NCBI GenBank assembly: GCA_963706285.1
Contig: CAVPLU010000010.1
Location: forward strand, 1 to 64,000
DNA: 64,000 bases
Direction: 5' to 3'
DNA from: Candidatus Bathyarchaeota archaeon
GTDB lineage: Archaea; Thermoproteota; Bathyarchaeia; 40CM-2-53-6
Both the position numbers and the translations under genes were made by a program. Below the pieces are notes generated by a model. The model saw only the letters and a program-made list of their open reading frames with translations, did no database searches and was not told the origin of the DNA. Shown here one piece after another: positions 43,567 to 52,650 of this stretch. Positions within the stretch are counted from its first letter, which is position 1, and every line of letters starts with the position of its first letter.

Positions 43567-45341
43567 TTGACTTCTACCACTTCAGCCCTTGAGACAAAGT
43601 GGAATATGCCATTCATAACATTCGCTGCCTCTCTGGGCACGATGATTGATTGGTATGACTTTTACATTTTTGGTTCCTTGAGTGTTCTGCTATCTACCAA
43701 GTTCTTTCCACCGGGAGACCCTGTCATCGCGTTCTTGTCGACTCTGGCAGTCTTCGCAACGGGTTTTGCCGTAAGGCCTTTCGGAGCAGTCGTCTTCGGA
43801 AGGATCGGAGATCTCGTCGGAAGAAAGTACACGTTCCTGCTGACGATAGGCATCATGGGAACGGGAACAACAGCAATCGGCTTTCTACCCACGTACGAAG
43901 CAATAGGTATCTTCGCACCTCTGATACTGGTTCTTCTTCGACTTCTGCAGGGACTTGCACTAGGCGGAGAATATGGAGGGGCCGTGATCTACGTTGCGGA
44001 ACACTCCCCCGACGAGAAGAGAGGCTACTGGACCAGTTACATTCAAACAACTGCCACGTTCGGACTCTTTCTCTCATTAATGGTGATCCTTGGCACGAGG
44101 GGCCTTGTAGGAAATACCGTTTTCAATGACTGGGGCTGGAGAATACCATTCGCCCTATCAATCGTGCTAGTCGCGATGTCGCTTCTGATAAGATGGAGTC
44201 TAAGTGAAACTCCCCTGTTCAAACGCCTCAAGCAACAGGGCAGCCTTTCCAAAAGCCCAACTCGAGACAGCCTCGGCAACAAAAGAAACTGGAAACTCAT
44301 CCTACTAGCGTTGTTCGGAGCGACGGCGGGTCAAGGAGTAGTATGGTACACCGGGCAATTCTATGCGCTGTTCTTCCTGCAGACAGTCCTGAAGGTAGGT
44401 ATTGACATGTCGAGTATCATAGTCGCGGTGGCTTTGGCCGCGGGAGCCCCATTCTTCGTACTCTTCGGCTGGCTCTCTGACAAGATAGGTAGAAAACGAA
44501 TTCTTCTGGCCGGCAATCTGTTGGCAGTGATAACATACTTCCCAATCTACTACGCGATGCATGCTTTCTCGAACCCACCAAACTTTGCAGTCCTAACAGT
44601 CCTCGTTTGGGTTCAGGTGATATACGTCACAATGGTATACGGACCCATAGCAGCGTTCCTAGTGGAATTCTTCCCAGCGAAAATCAGATACACCTCTCTC
44701 TCAGTTCCCTATCACTTGGGAAACGGTGAGTTCGGCGGATTCCTCCCTCTCATAGCATCAACGATCGTCGTTGCTACAGGCAACATCTACGCGGGACTGG
44801 CCTACCCAATCGCCGTATCCGCAATGACCCTCATTGTAGGCGGGTTTTTCCTCAAAGAGACTCGGCACATCAAGATCTGGGATGAAGTCCGAGCTCCAAT
44901 GCCCATCGCAGTGCCAACCAAGAGAATCTCAAGAATTCTGATCCCAGTTGACGGATCAATAAACTCGGAAAGAGCTCTCGACTACGCAATATTCCTGGCG
45001 AAGAAATGCGAAGCGTCCTGGAAGCTGTCCACGTATGTCATGCTCCCCCACTTCCCACTTCAGATAAGGAGAGGGATTCCTTCCTTAGAATGCTCGACCG
45101 TGACGCAGACGCGATCTTGGATAAAGCGCAGAATCGAGCCAAGGAAGAAGGAGTTGTGATTGAAAAGCTCAAGGAAGTGGGTCACCCTGCAACTCGCATA
45201 CTGGAAGTCGCGAGCTCTCGCGAGCCCAGCCTCATAGTCATGGGAAGCCGAGGGATGAGCGGCTTCAAGGAGGCCGTTCTGGGGAGCGTAAGTCACAAAG
45301 TAAGCGAAGATGCCAAATGCCCAGTACTCATAGTACGCTAA
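43567..45341 (+). CDS. MHS-family MFS transporter fused to a C-terminal universal stress (UspA) domain (frameshift near 45020)
   Basis: DWYDF, RPFG, GDLVGRK, GGEYGG, then in frame RILIPVDGS..SERALDYA; the UspA end (GHPA, MGSRG, LGSVSHKV, PVLIVR) is in ORF 45006-45341. Confidence 0.85.
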
Positions 45342-45716
45342 ACATCGACATGCTTTGAACCATATCCAGTGGATGCAATGGGTTAGTGCGAAGAGACTCT
45401 TGTAGGCATTACAGCTTCTCTCCGCTCTGAGACAAAAGCCAAGGTTACGGGTCCAGAACCGTGGATTCTCGACCTAACTAGACGACTCAAGTCGAATGAC
45501 AAGTAACGATTCCTGCCGTTGCGACCCTCGCAGTCATTTCTTGCCTCTGAAACAAACGCTCACGTGCGACTACCATCCAGATACTCGCGACATGTCTCGC
45601 TTCTTGTTGCGTGTTGTCAACGGTTTGAAAGAAGGCAACATCTATACATTCGGGCAGCATGACTCATCCTGAGATCTCCGAATCGAAACTGAGCATTGGG
45701 AGGCATTTGCGCAGAA

Positions 45717-46514
45717 ATGAGCCTAATCGGTAAGTCGATCCGACTAGAGCGGATAATGAACCGCAAGAACAGGAGGACAGTCATCGTTCCGATGGATCAT
45801 GGAGTCTCAGTTGGTCCAATCAAAGGCCTCGCCAACCTGAACGAAGTTGTTGACAAGGTTGCGGAGGGAGGCGCGAATGCTGTCCTCGGCCACAGAGGCT
45901 TACCCATGTACGGCCACAGACGATACGGTAGAGACATCGGACTGATCCTGCATCTCTCAGGTAGCTCCATGCTCAACCCGGACCCTAACAACAAGGTTCA
46001 GGTAATGACGGTTGAAGAAGCATTAGTGATGGGCGCGGATGCAGTGAGCGTCCACATAAACATTGGAGCAGACAATGAATCTGAAATGCTCAAGTCTCTA
46101 GGCACTGTTTCAAGGGACTGCGTGCGATGGGGCGTACCGCTCGTCGCCATGATGTACCCTCGAGGCAAGAAAGTCAAATCGGAGCACGATTTGGAGGCTG
46201 TGAAACTTGCGGCGCGGATCGGCGCCGAACTTGGAGCCGACATCGTCAAAACAAACTACACCGGCACCGTTGACAGCTTCAGAGAGGTCGTTAAGGGATG
46301 TCTAGCCCCAGTGATTGTCGCCGGAGGACCAAGAATGGAAACCAGCAAAGACGTGTTACAACTAATCTGGGAAGCCGTCGAAGCCGGAGGAGCAGGCGCC
46401 TCAATAGGTAGAAACGTCTTCCAAGCTCCTGATCCCACAAAAATGGTTAGAGCGATATCGCGAATCGTCCACGAAGGATACACTGTGGACGAAGCAATGA
46501 AAGAAATCGCTTGA
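45717..46514 (+). CDS. aroA': 2-amino-3,7-dideoxy-D-threo-hept-6-ulosonate (ADH) synthase, class I aldolase
   Basis: [30 protein letters not shown]; adjacent to DHQ synthase II. Confidence 0.88.
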   Translation: MSLIGKSIRLERIMNRKNRRTVIVPMDHGVSVGPIKGLANLNEVVDKVAEGGANAVLGHRGLPMYGHRRYGRDIGLILHLSGSSMLNPDPNNKVQVMTVEEALVMGADAVSVHINIGADNESEMLKSLGTVSRDCVRWGVPLVAMMYPRGKKVKSEHDLEAVKLAARIGAELGADIVKTNYTGTVDSFREVVKGCLAPVIVAGGPRMETSKDVLQLIWEAVEAGGAGASIGRNVFQAPDPTKMVRAISRIVHEGYTVDEAMKEIA

Positions 46515-46611
46515 GTAGTCAACCCTTGGACAATGTCAAGTTATTGACCGCATCGGCAAGCCTCACATGGTGTACAACAATTCCACTCGCCACAACAGCA
46601 GTGATCTCACG

Positions 46612-47612
46612 ATGATAGTGAAAGAAGTCTGGCTGCAATCAGAAACCGATCTCGAAGAGAACTCCGCCAGAGATCGACAATGTGATTGTGAAGGACAAGA
46701 CTAGAGATGGCAGGCGCGTGGTCAGACACAATATCCTAGAGGAACTCAAGCATGATCAGAAACTCATTCCTTGGATAACGATAGAATCTATGGGCGATGT
46801 GAATCTTGCCGCGAAGGCAGCCGAGCTAGGTGCAAAGGACATCATATTGTCAGGCAAGAACAACGCTTTCCCCGTAGGCATCGCTCTGGAGAAAGTAATT
46901 GCGGAGACCCAGAGATTCGGAACGAATCTGCATGCAAGCGTGAAGTCATTTGAAGAAATGCTAGCAGCTTCCCGAACATTGGATGTTGGAGTCAGCCTCG
47001 TGGTTAACGATGCCTCATTAGCTAGAATGTTCAAGGACTATTTTGCTCCGATGAAATTCGATCTAATCGCGACGCCGGTGAAGTCCGTGGATAGAGTTGG
47101 CGCCTGCTGGAGATCCTGCATCGACACAGGAGATATCATGAGCGTCGGCGAAGGAATGCTCGTAGGATCGACCTCCAGCGCATACTTTCTGGTTCATGCG
47201 GAAGTTCATCGGAACTGAGTATACTGGAAAAAGGGAATGGCGCTGCAACGCAGGCCCAGTATCGAACTACATCATCATCGACAAGCCCGCTGGGGCCGGA
47301 ATCAAGACGAAATATCTAAGCGAACTCAAATGCGGAGACAGCGTTCTCACCGTAGACAAAAACGGGAACGCTAGAAGAACAGTCGTAAACAGAAACAAGA
47401 TAGAGTACCGCCCCGCAGTCAAAATAACCACGGAAGTCGAGGGAAAGAGATACTCGGTGCTGCTGCAGGGCGAGAAGAGTATCCATCTCACCACGAAGGA
47501 TGGTAAGTGTGTCTCTGTTCTAGACAGCCTAGGCCAGGACGTCCTAATGTATCACACAAAAGGCGGAATGCATTTCGGAACCAAAGTTGAAGAAGGCATC
47601 TTCGAATACTAG
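46612..47612 (+). CDS. aroB': 3-dehydroquinate synthase II (frameshifts near 46670 and 47210)
   Basis: RSCIDT...GEGMLVGS...FLVHAE, CNAGPV, KYLSEL, KIEYRP, HFG. Confidence 0.88.
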
Positions 47613-47678
47613 ACTAGTGCAGCACACTGTATCATAGAGCCTTCAGCAACACACACCTCATATGGGTCCCCTCGTTCT

Positions 47679-48254
47679 CTATCGCTTTTTGCCCTTCGCG
47701 GACTTCTTCGAGAAACCATGTATGCCTATTCTTTTGTGAAGATCCCAATATTCGCCCTGATTGTAAACGAATGGAGATACTTTCTTGAAATCGATTCGTC
47801 CCTTCTTGTCAAGCACCTTCTTGTCAACGTGAACACGGACGATCTTGCCAAGGAACAGATCGTGACTCCCTAACAAAATCTTCTCGCTAAGAAGACACTC
47901 CATATTCACCGGGCACTCTTTGATTAGCGGAGGTTTGACTTTCTGAGCACGTTCCGGTGTGAGCCCTGCTTCGGAGAATTTGTTCACATCTCTACCTGAG
48001 ACGAGCCCGCAGAAGTCCACCGCGCGAAGCATTTCCTTTGTTGGAATATTCACAACGAACTCTGCAGACCCTTCGATTAGACTGTACGATTGCCTCTCGG
48101 GCCTGATGCCTAACCCGATCATGGGTGGTACAGAACAGACTACCCCTGACCATGCCAAGCTGATTATGTCGGGCTTTCCGTCCGGACCCACGCAAGTGAC
48201 AAGAACGACCGGGCAAGGGAATAGAGCGGCCCACGGGGCCTTTTTCAATTTCAT
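47679..48254 (-). CDS. Flavin reductase-like (DIM6/NTAB, flavoredoxin) protein
   Basis: PCPVVLV, EFVVNIP, SGRDVNKF, ECPVNMEC, GSHDLF. Confidence 0.9.
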   Translation of the reverse strand: MKLKKAPWAALFPCPVVLVTCVGPDGKPDIISLAWSGVVCSVPPMIGLGIRPERQSYSLIEGSAEFVVNIPTKEMLRAVDFCGLVSGRDVNKFSEAGLTPERAQKVKPPLIKECPVNMECLLSEKILLGSHDLFLGKIVRVHVDKKVLDKKGRIDFKKVSPFVYNQGEYWDLHKRIGIHGFSKKSAKGKKR

Positions 48255-48478
48255 GAACGAACGCTGTGTAATACCTCTACTTGATCTTTACCTGCACATT
48301 CGTTCCAAGATTCGCGGCAAAACTGCCGGTTCTGGCGAGTTTGTCTCTGGATCTGGGTCTCTTGGTGCGCATCACCACCCCGGTTCTCAGGTCCTCTAAC
48401 ATTTATCGACTAGGAGAAGCGGCGATTCTCGCGTTCGCTCCTCCATGGGATGCTTAGAATGTTTCGCGGGGTGGTTGT

Positions 48479-48997
48479 GTGCTTAAGGGTACACATCTGA
48501 GAAGGGTGAATGCTTATTGGCGGTGCTCTGTTCGCGTGTCAGTTCTCATCATAGCGCATCTTGAGCGGATTGCTGTTAGGGAGCATTGGATGCTGTCAGA
48601 TCTGGCTAGGATGCTGATCTGCCTAGGCGCGGCTGGCACCTATCTGAGATTGGGAGATCCGGAAGTCTCGGACAGGTTCAAGACGTTGGCGAGCTTGGGT
48701 GGAGCACTCACCGCATTAGATACAACTTTGGGTCGAGTGAGTCGTCGCCATCACGCCTCTCGTGGGCTGGCTAGATCAGAATTGTTAGCTCTACGCCTAC
48801 CAACGGGTCTCACAAGCCTCATCACCACATATGCGAGGACTAGTGGGAGATCACGAAACGAAGCCTTGACGATGTTTCTGGAGCGCGGCTTAATCATCTA
48901 CCTGAAAGCAGAAAAGATACTACTAGAAACAATCCAATCAGTCGAAGCCGAGTCCGTCAAGAGAATGAAACCAGATGAAGCAGTCGCTGGTGTATGA
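48479..48997 (+). CDS. Tandem ribbon-helix-helix DNA-binding protein (putative)
   Basis: Two RHH-like units: SVRVS..IIAHLERIA.....LSDLARMLI and ALRLP..LTSLITTYA...GRSRNEAL..FLERG. Confidence 0.55.
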   Translation: MLKGTHLRRVNAYWRCSVRVSVLIIAHLERIAVREHWMLSDLARMLICLGAAGTYLRLGDPEVSDRFKTLASLGGALTALDTTLGRVSRRHHASRGLARSELLALRLPTGLTSLITTYARTSGRSRNEALTMFLERGLIIYLKAEKILLETIQSVEAESVKRMKPDEAVAGV

Positions 48998-49459
48998 TTT
49001 GCAGGAGCCGTTCCGTTGGATAGCGGATGTTACTGTGATGGAAGCGTTCGAGTCCGGAGTGTTGGATTTGCCGGATTTCTATTTCACAGGTGACGATTAC
49101 AGGTACCGCTTTGAGCCTGAGGCTAGACAGCGATTCATCGATCTCATACGGACACGATTCAACACAGGCGTGAAGTACAAAGATCGAACTATGAAGCGGG
49201 ATACGGTCATCGAGAAGAAGGCAGTAGAGCTTGGCAGTCACCTTACAGGCAGCAACAGCAGGCTCGATTTTTCGGAACCTTCTCCCGATATGCATCGAGC
49301 AGACGATAAGGAGCTGCGGAGACGAATCCTCAGATCTATCTCGATCGAGACGCACGAACGCTTGGAATTGGAAGAAGCACCCTGCACTGCTTGAAACGTA
49401 GGGCGAATGAATCTCGTCCGTTCAAGATCTACAGGCCGGTTTGGAATATACTCGATTAA
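48975..49459 (+). pseudogene. cas1: 3' fragment of casposase-type (stand-alone) Cas1 with C-terminal HTH
   Basis: KQSLVYDLQEPFRW Cas1 motif, LDFSEPSP, DDKELRRRIL; after a frameshift, ARTLGIGRSTLHCLKRRANESRPFKIYRPV (stop at 49457-49459). The N-terminal part including the catalytic His is missing. Confidence 0.8.
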
Positions 49460-50081
49460 TGGAGAAGAACCAAGTGAAGAGAAATCGCAAAAACGCATCT
49501 GCTCAAGGCAATGAGGACGAATAAAGCCACAGCATTAGTCGGACTCTGCTTCCGAGCACGATGTGGCGAAGATCTGTCTGGATTGACCAGAAACTATCAA
49601 GCGTCTGGCGGACGTCCGTGGTACATTCACGGTGTATCTGGCATATCTTCTTCAAAGGAGAATACATCAATGGAACGTCTAGAAGAATGTAACTTGCACA
49701 GCTGCGCAGAAATTGGTGCCAAAAACGCGCTGGAATGGCTCAGACGTACCAAAGGTCGAAAAGTATCTTGCGAGCTACGCAAGAGATCGCCAACCACAGA
49801 AGCAGCGCGACAGACGGTGCCGGCTAAACGTACGGATCTCGCCGTGAAGATCTGCATCAACTCATCAAGTGACTCGGCATTCGGCATACTGCTCGTAGCG
49901 TCAGTTCTATCGAACAGCGTTTGAACTCATAGCGAGCAAGGCAGGAAGCAAAACCGGGCTTGCGATACTTGACAAGAATCCGGTAAGACGGGACGGGAGA
50001 GATTCTACTTGAGCCGAAAGATCGTCGCGTGTGTATTGGACTCAGCGTCACGCTGCGAATCACTCGTTGGGTCACCCGACT

Positions 50082-50104
50082 TGCGGGGAGCAGGGATTTG
50101 AAAC
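50082..50104 (-). repeat. Degenerate tRNA-3'-end-like repeat (copy A)
   Basis: Minus strand GTTTCAAATCCCTGCTCCCCGCA; one extra base and no CCA compared with the other copies. Confidence 0.45.
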
Positions 50105-50890
50105 AAGGAGAACCGCTGGTGTGTGTACGAACTTGATTGCAGGTAAACGGAATGTGGATCGGGAGCGGTCACTATTTGGACCTTAGGCTCGCTCATTGGC
50201 AGGTACAGGATGCTGAGAAGCTTGATCTTGCTGGACTCTCGGATGGTTTTCGCATTCGCGGTTTTCTTCATGCACTCGGAAGGATGGTCTATGACGTCGC
50301 ATACTCGATCGGATATCAATACGCCCTGGTACCCAGCAATTTCCTTTTCGACTGGGTGCATCGCGATTTGCTCTGTCTTATCTCCTGACATGGAGGTGGA
50401 TTGTCAGGGCATACCGAGACAAGTTCACGCGTTCTTTGCATGCTGACGGTGACCAGGATGAATCTGCCGTGGCAGATGTTGTCAAGGTCGCACACGGTAT
50501 CAAATCGAAGTGACTTCGTAGTTGGAATCATGCAGAACGTGGTCAACTCGAGCGAATTGCTGGTCTCTGTGGAACAATTTCCTTGGAAAGAAGATTCAAG
50601 ATTGGACGAACTAGTCAAGACCTTCTCAAACAACATCGCGGCAAGTATTCTACACTGGCGACGGCTATATCAGTCTCCGTCTCCATTATCACCCCAAGCA
50701 CCAATGCCGATCTGGAACAATCCAACGTAAAGTTCGTCAATCTTGTCCTAGAAATCGCAGCAGGCAAATATCTCTTTTAGGTCTTTGCCATCTAGGACGA
50801 TCATTCTGCGTTCTCCTTGCCAGGCTACCTTGACGGCCCCCAAGCACGCTGCAACCCATCCCCGGACAGGCGTTTTGTGTGTGGTACGCT

Positions 50891-51017
50891 TGGTGCGAGC
50901 ACCCGAATTTGAACCGTCGTGGTTGAGGTAGTGTGTGTGATACCCTTGGTGCGAGCATCGGAAATTGAACCCTTGATCGTCGTCGCCGCTCTTGGTGCGG
51001 TCATCCAAATTTGGACC
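50891..51017 (-). repeat. Mini-array of three 25-bp tRNA-3'-end-like repeats with 31- and 21-bp spacers
   Basis: Plus strand TGGTGCGAGCACCCGAATTTGAACC (50891-50915), TGGTGCGAGCATCGGAAATTGAACC (50947-50971), TGGTGCGGTCATCCAAATTTGGACC (50993-51017). Confidence 0.8.
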
Positions 51018-51281
51018 GTCGTTCAGGCGTTGATTTTCAGTGCTTGCACGCACCAGTCAATGCAAACGCGACAACGAGTCGTTCATCTGGGTGGTGAGTG
51101 GAAATCCTCATTCTACTAGTCTGAGCTTTGAGTTCATACCAATACTGAGATTAACACCCGTGCTCCAATGCTGGCAATAGCTCTCTATCGCATGGAACAC
51201 ATCTTGCCAATGTCGCCCAGAAGTTTGTTAGGGATGGATGAAGGACTGACAGCGAGAGCCGCCATCGATGGGAGGTAGCCT

Positions 51282-52256
51282 ATGACACAGAGCGGTTCTA
51301 GAATAGCGGTCTTCGCGGCCATCATCGGCAACCTGATCATCGCGATCATCAAGTTCATTGCGGCGGCAATCACCGGCTCATCGGCCATGATTTCCGAGGG
51401 CATCCACTCGCTCGTCGATACGGGAAACGGTGTCCTCGTGCTGCTCGGAATGAACCGCGCCAAGCAGCCTGCCGATGAAACCCACCCGTTCGGCTACGGC
51501 AAGTCGCTCTACTTCTGGACGCACATCGTGGCGATCTCCATCTTCGGCATCGGTGGTGGCATGTCGCTGTACGAGGGCATCTCGCACATTCGCCACGTCG
51601 CACCGGACGCCGAGATGGGCGATCCCACGGCGGCCTACATCGTGCTCGCCATCTCGCTCCTGGTCGAGGGCGGATCATTCACGGTGGCCATCAAGCAGTT
51701 CCTGCAGGCCAAGGGCGATATGGGCGCCTGGCAGTTCATCAAGCAGTCGAAGGACCCGAGTCTCTACACGGTAGTGCTCGAGGACAGCGCGGCCATGCTC
51801 GGTCTCATCTTCGCGTTCCTCGGGATCTTCCTCGGCCACCTGTTCAACAATCCGTATCTCGACGGCGCAGCATCGATCGCAATCGGCCTGCTGCTGATGA
51901 GCGTGGCCGGGATCCTCGCGTCGCGGACCAAGGGTCTGCTGCTGGGCGAGGGCGTGAACCCCGACGAGCTCGCGGACATCCGGCGGCGCGTGGAGTCGGA
52001 TCCGGCGGTCGAGCGGGCCGGCGACATCCTCACCATGTACATGGGCCCGCACGATCTGCTCGTGAACATGGGGGTGTGCTTCGTTGCAGGTACCACGGCC
52101 GAGCAGATGCACGAGGCGATCCGCCGCATTGAAGCCGACCTGCGCAGCGCATACCCGGAGACCAACCGCGTCTACATCGAAGCCGAGTCGCTGCCGGTCG
52201 AGGAGACTGAGGGCTCTCTGAAAAAGCGTGAGGCTCGGTCATCTCAGATTGTGTGA
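51282..52256 (+). CDS. Cation diffusion facilitator (CDF) transporter, GC-rich, probably horizontally acquired
   Basis: SSAMISEGIHSLVDTGN, HPFGYGK, EDSAA, YLDGAAS; third codon positions almost all G/C, unlike neighbouring genes. Confidence 0.93.
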   Translation: MTQSGSRIAVFAAIIGNLIIAIIKFIAAAITGSSAMISEGIHSLVDTGNGVLVLLGMNRAKQPADETHPFGYGKSLYFWTHIVAISIFGIGGGMSLYEGISHIRHVAPDAEMGDPTAAYIVLAISLLVEGGSFTVAIKQFLQAKGDMGAWQFIKQSKDPSLYTVVLEDSAAMLGLIFAFLGIFLGHLFNNPYLDGAASIAIGLLLMSVAGILASRTKGLLLGEGVNPDELADIRRRVESDPAVERAGDILTMYMGPHDLLVNMGVCFVAGTTAEQMHEAIRRIEADLRSAYPETNRVYIEAESLPVEETEGSLKKREARSSQIV

Positions 52257-52540
52257 GGAATAGCCTAGCCTCATATGATTTCCATTTACAGTGCGTCGCT
52301 AGACTGATTGAATGAGATGTTTCTTCAATTTCCAAATTCAATAACGATATAGATGTAGAGGATTCTTCTACGCTTAGTTTTTTCACAAATCTATGTGCAG
52401 AAAGACAGGATTTGCGATTTCTAGTCTGTCTAATACTATTACACATATTTCTGGCGGAGAATTCTGCTTTCTAAGATAGTCTCTTCTGGCATCTAGGGGG
52501 CGCGTTTGGGAACAGAATTAGGAATTGTGTGTGAGTATGC

Positions 52541-52565
52541 TGGTGCGGGCGACCGGATTTGAACC
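52541..52565 (-). mobile_element. tRNA 3'-end fragment (att-site / target-duplication-like) at the island's right boundary
   Basis: Minus strand GGTTCAAATCCGGTCGCCCGCACCA = T-loop, 3' T-stem, acceptor strand, A73 and CCA. The rest of the tRNA is absent. Confidence 0.75.
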
Positions 52566-52650
52566 ATAACGAATGGAGGAGCGTCATGCGTCTTCGCCGA
52601 AGTCTAGGTCCCGGACTAGGTGAAGCCGAGAAAGTGCAAGGCGTTCTGAA

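Noticed and set aside
50891-51017. Canonical CRISPR array
   Set aside because: Only three degenerate repeats, unequal spacers that partly resemble each other, tRNA-like repeat sequence, and no cas2 or effector genes. Reported as a repeat and finding instead.
48300-52600. Intact casposon or integrative element
   Set aside because: No PolB, integrase or terminal inverted repeats were identified, and cas1 is truncated.
52541-52640. Complete tRNA gene
   Set aside because: The 5' T-stem strand, anticodon arm, D arm and 5' acceptor strand cannot be found; only 25 bp match.
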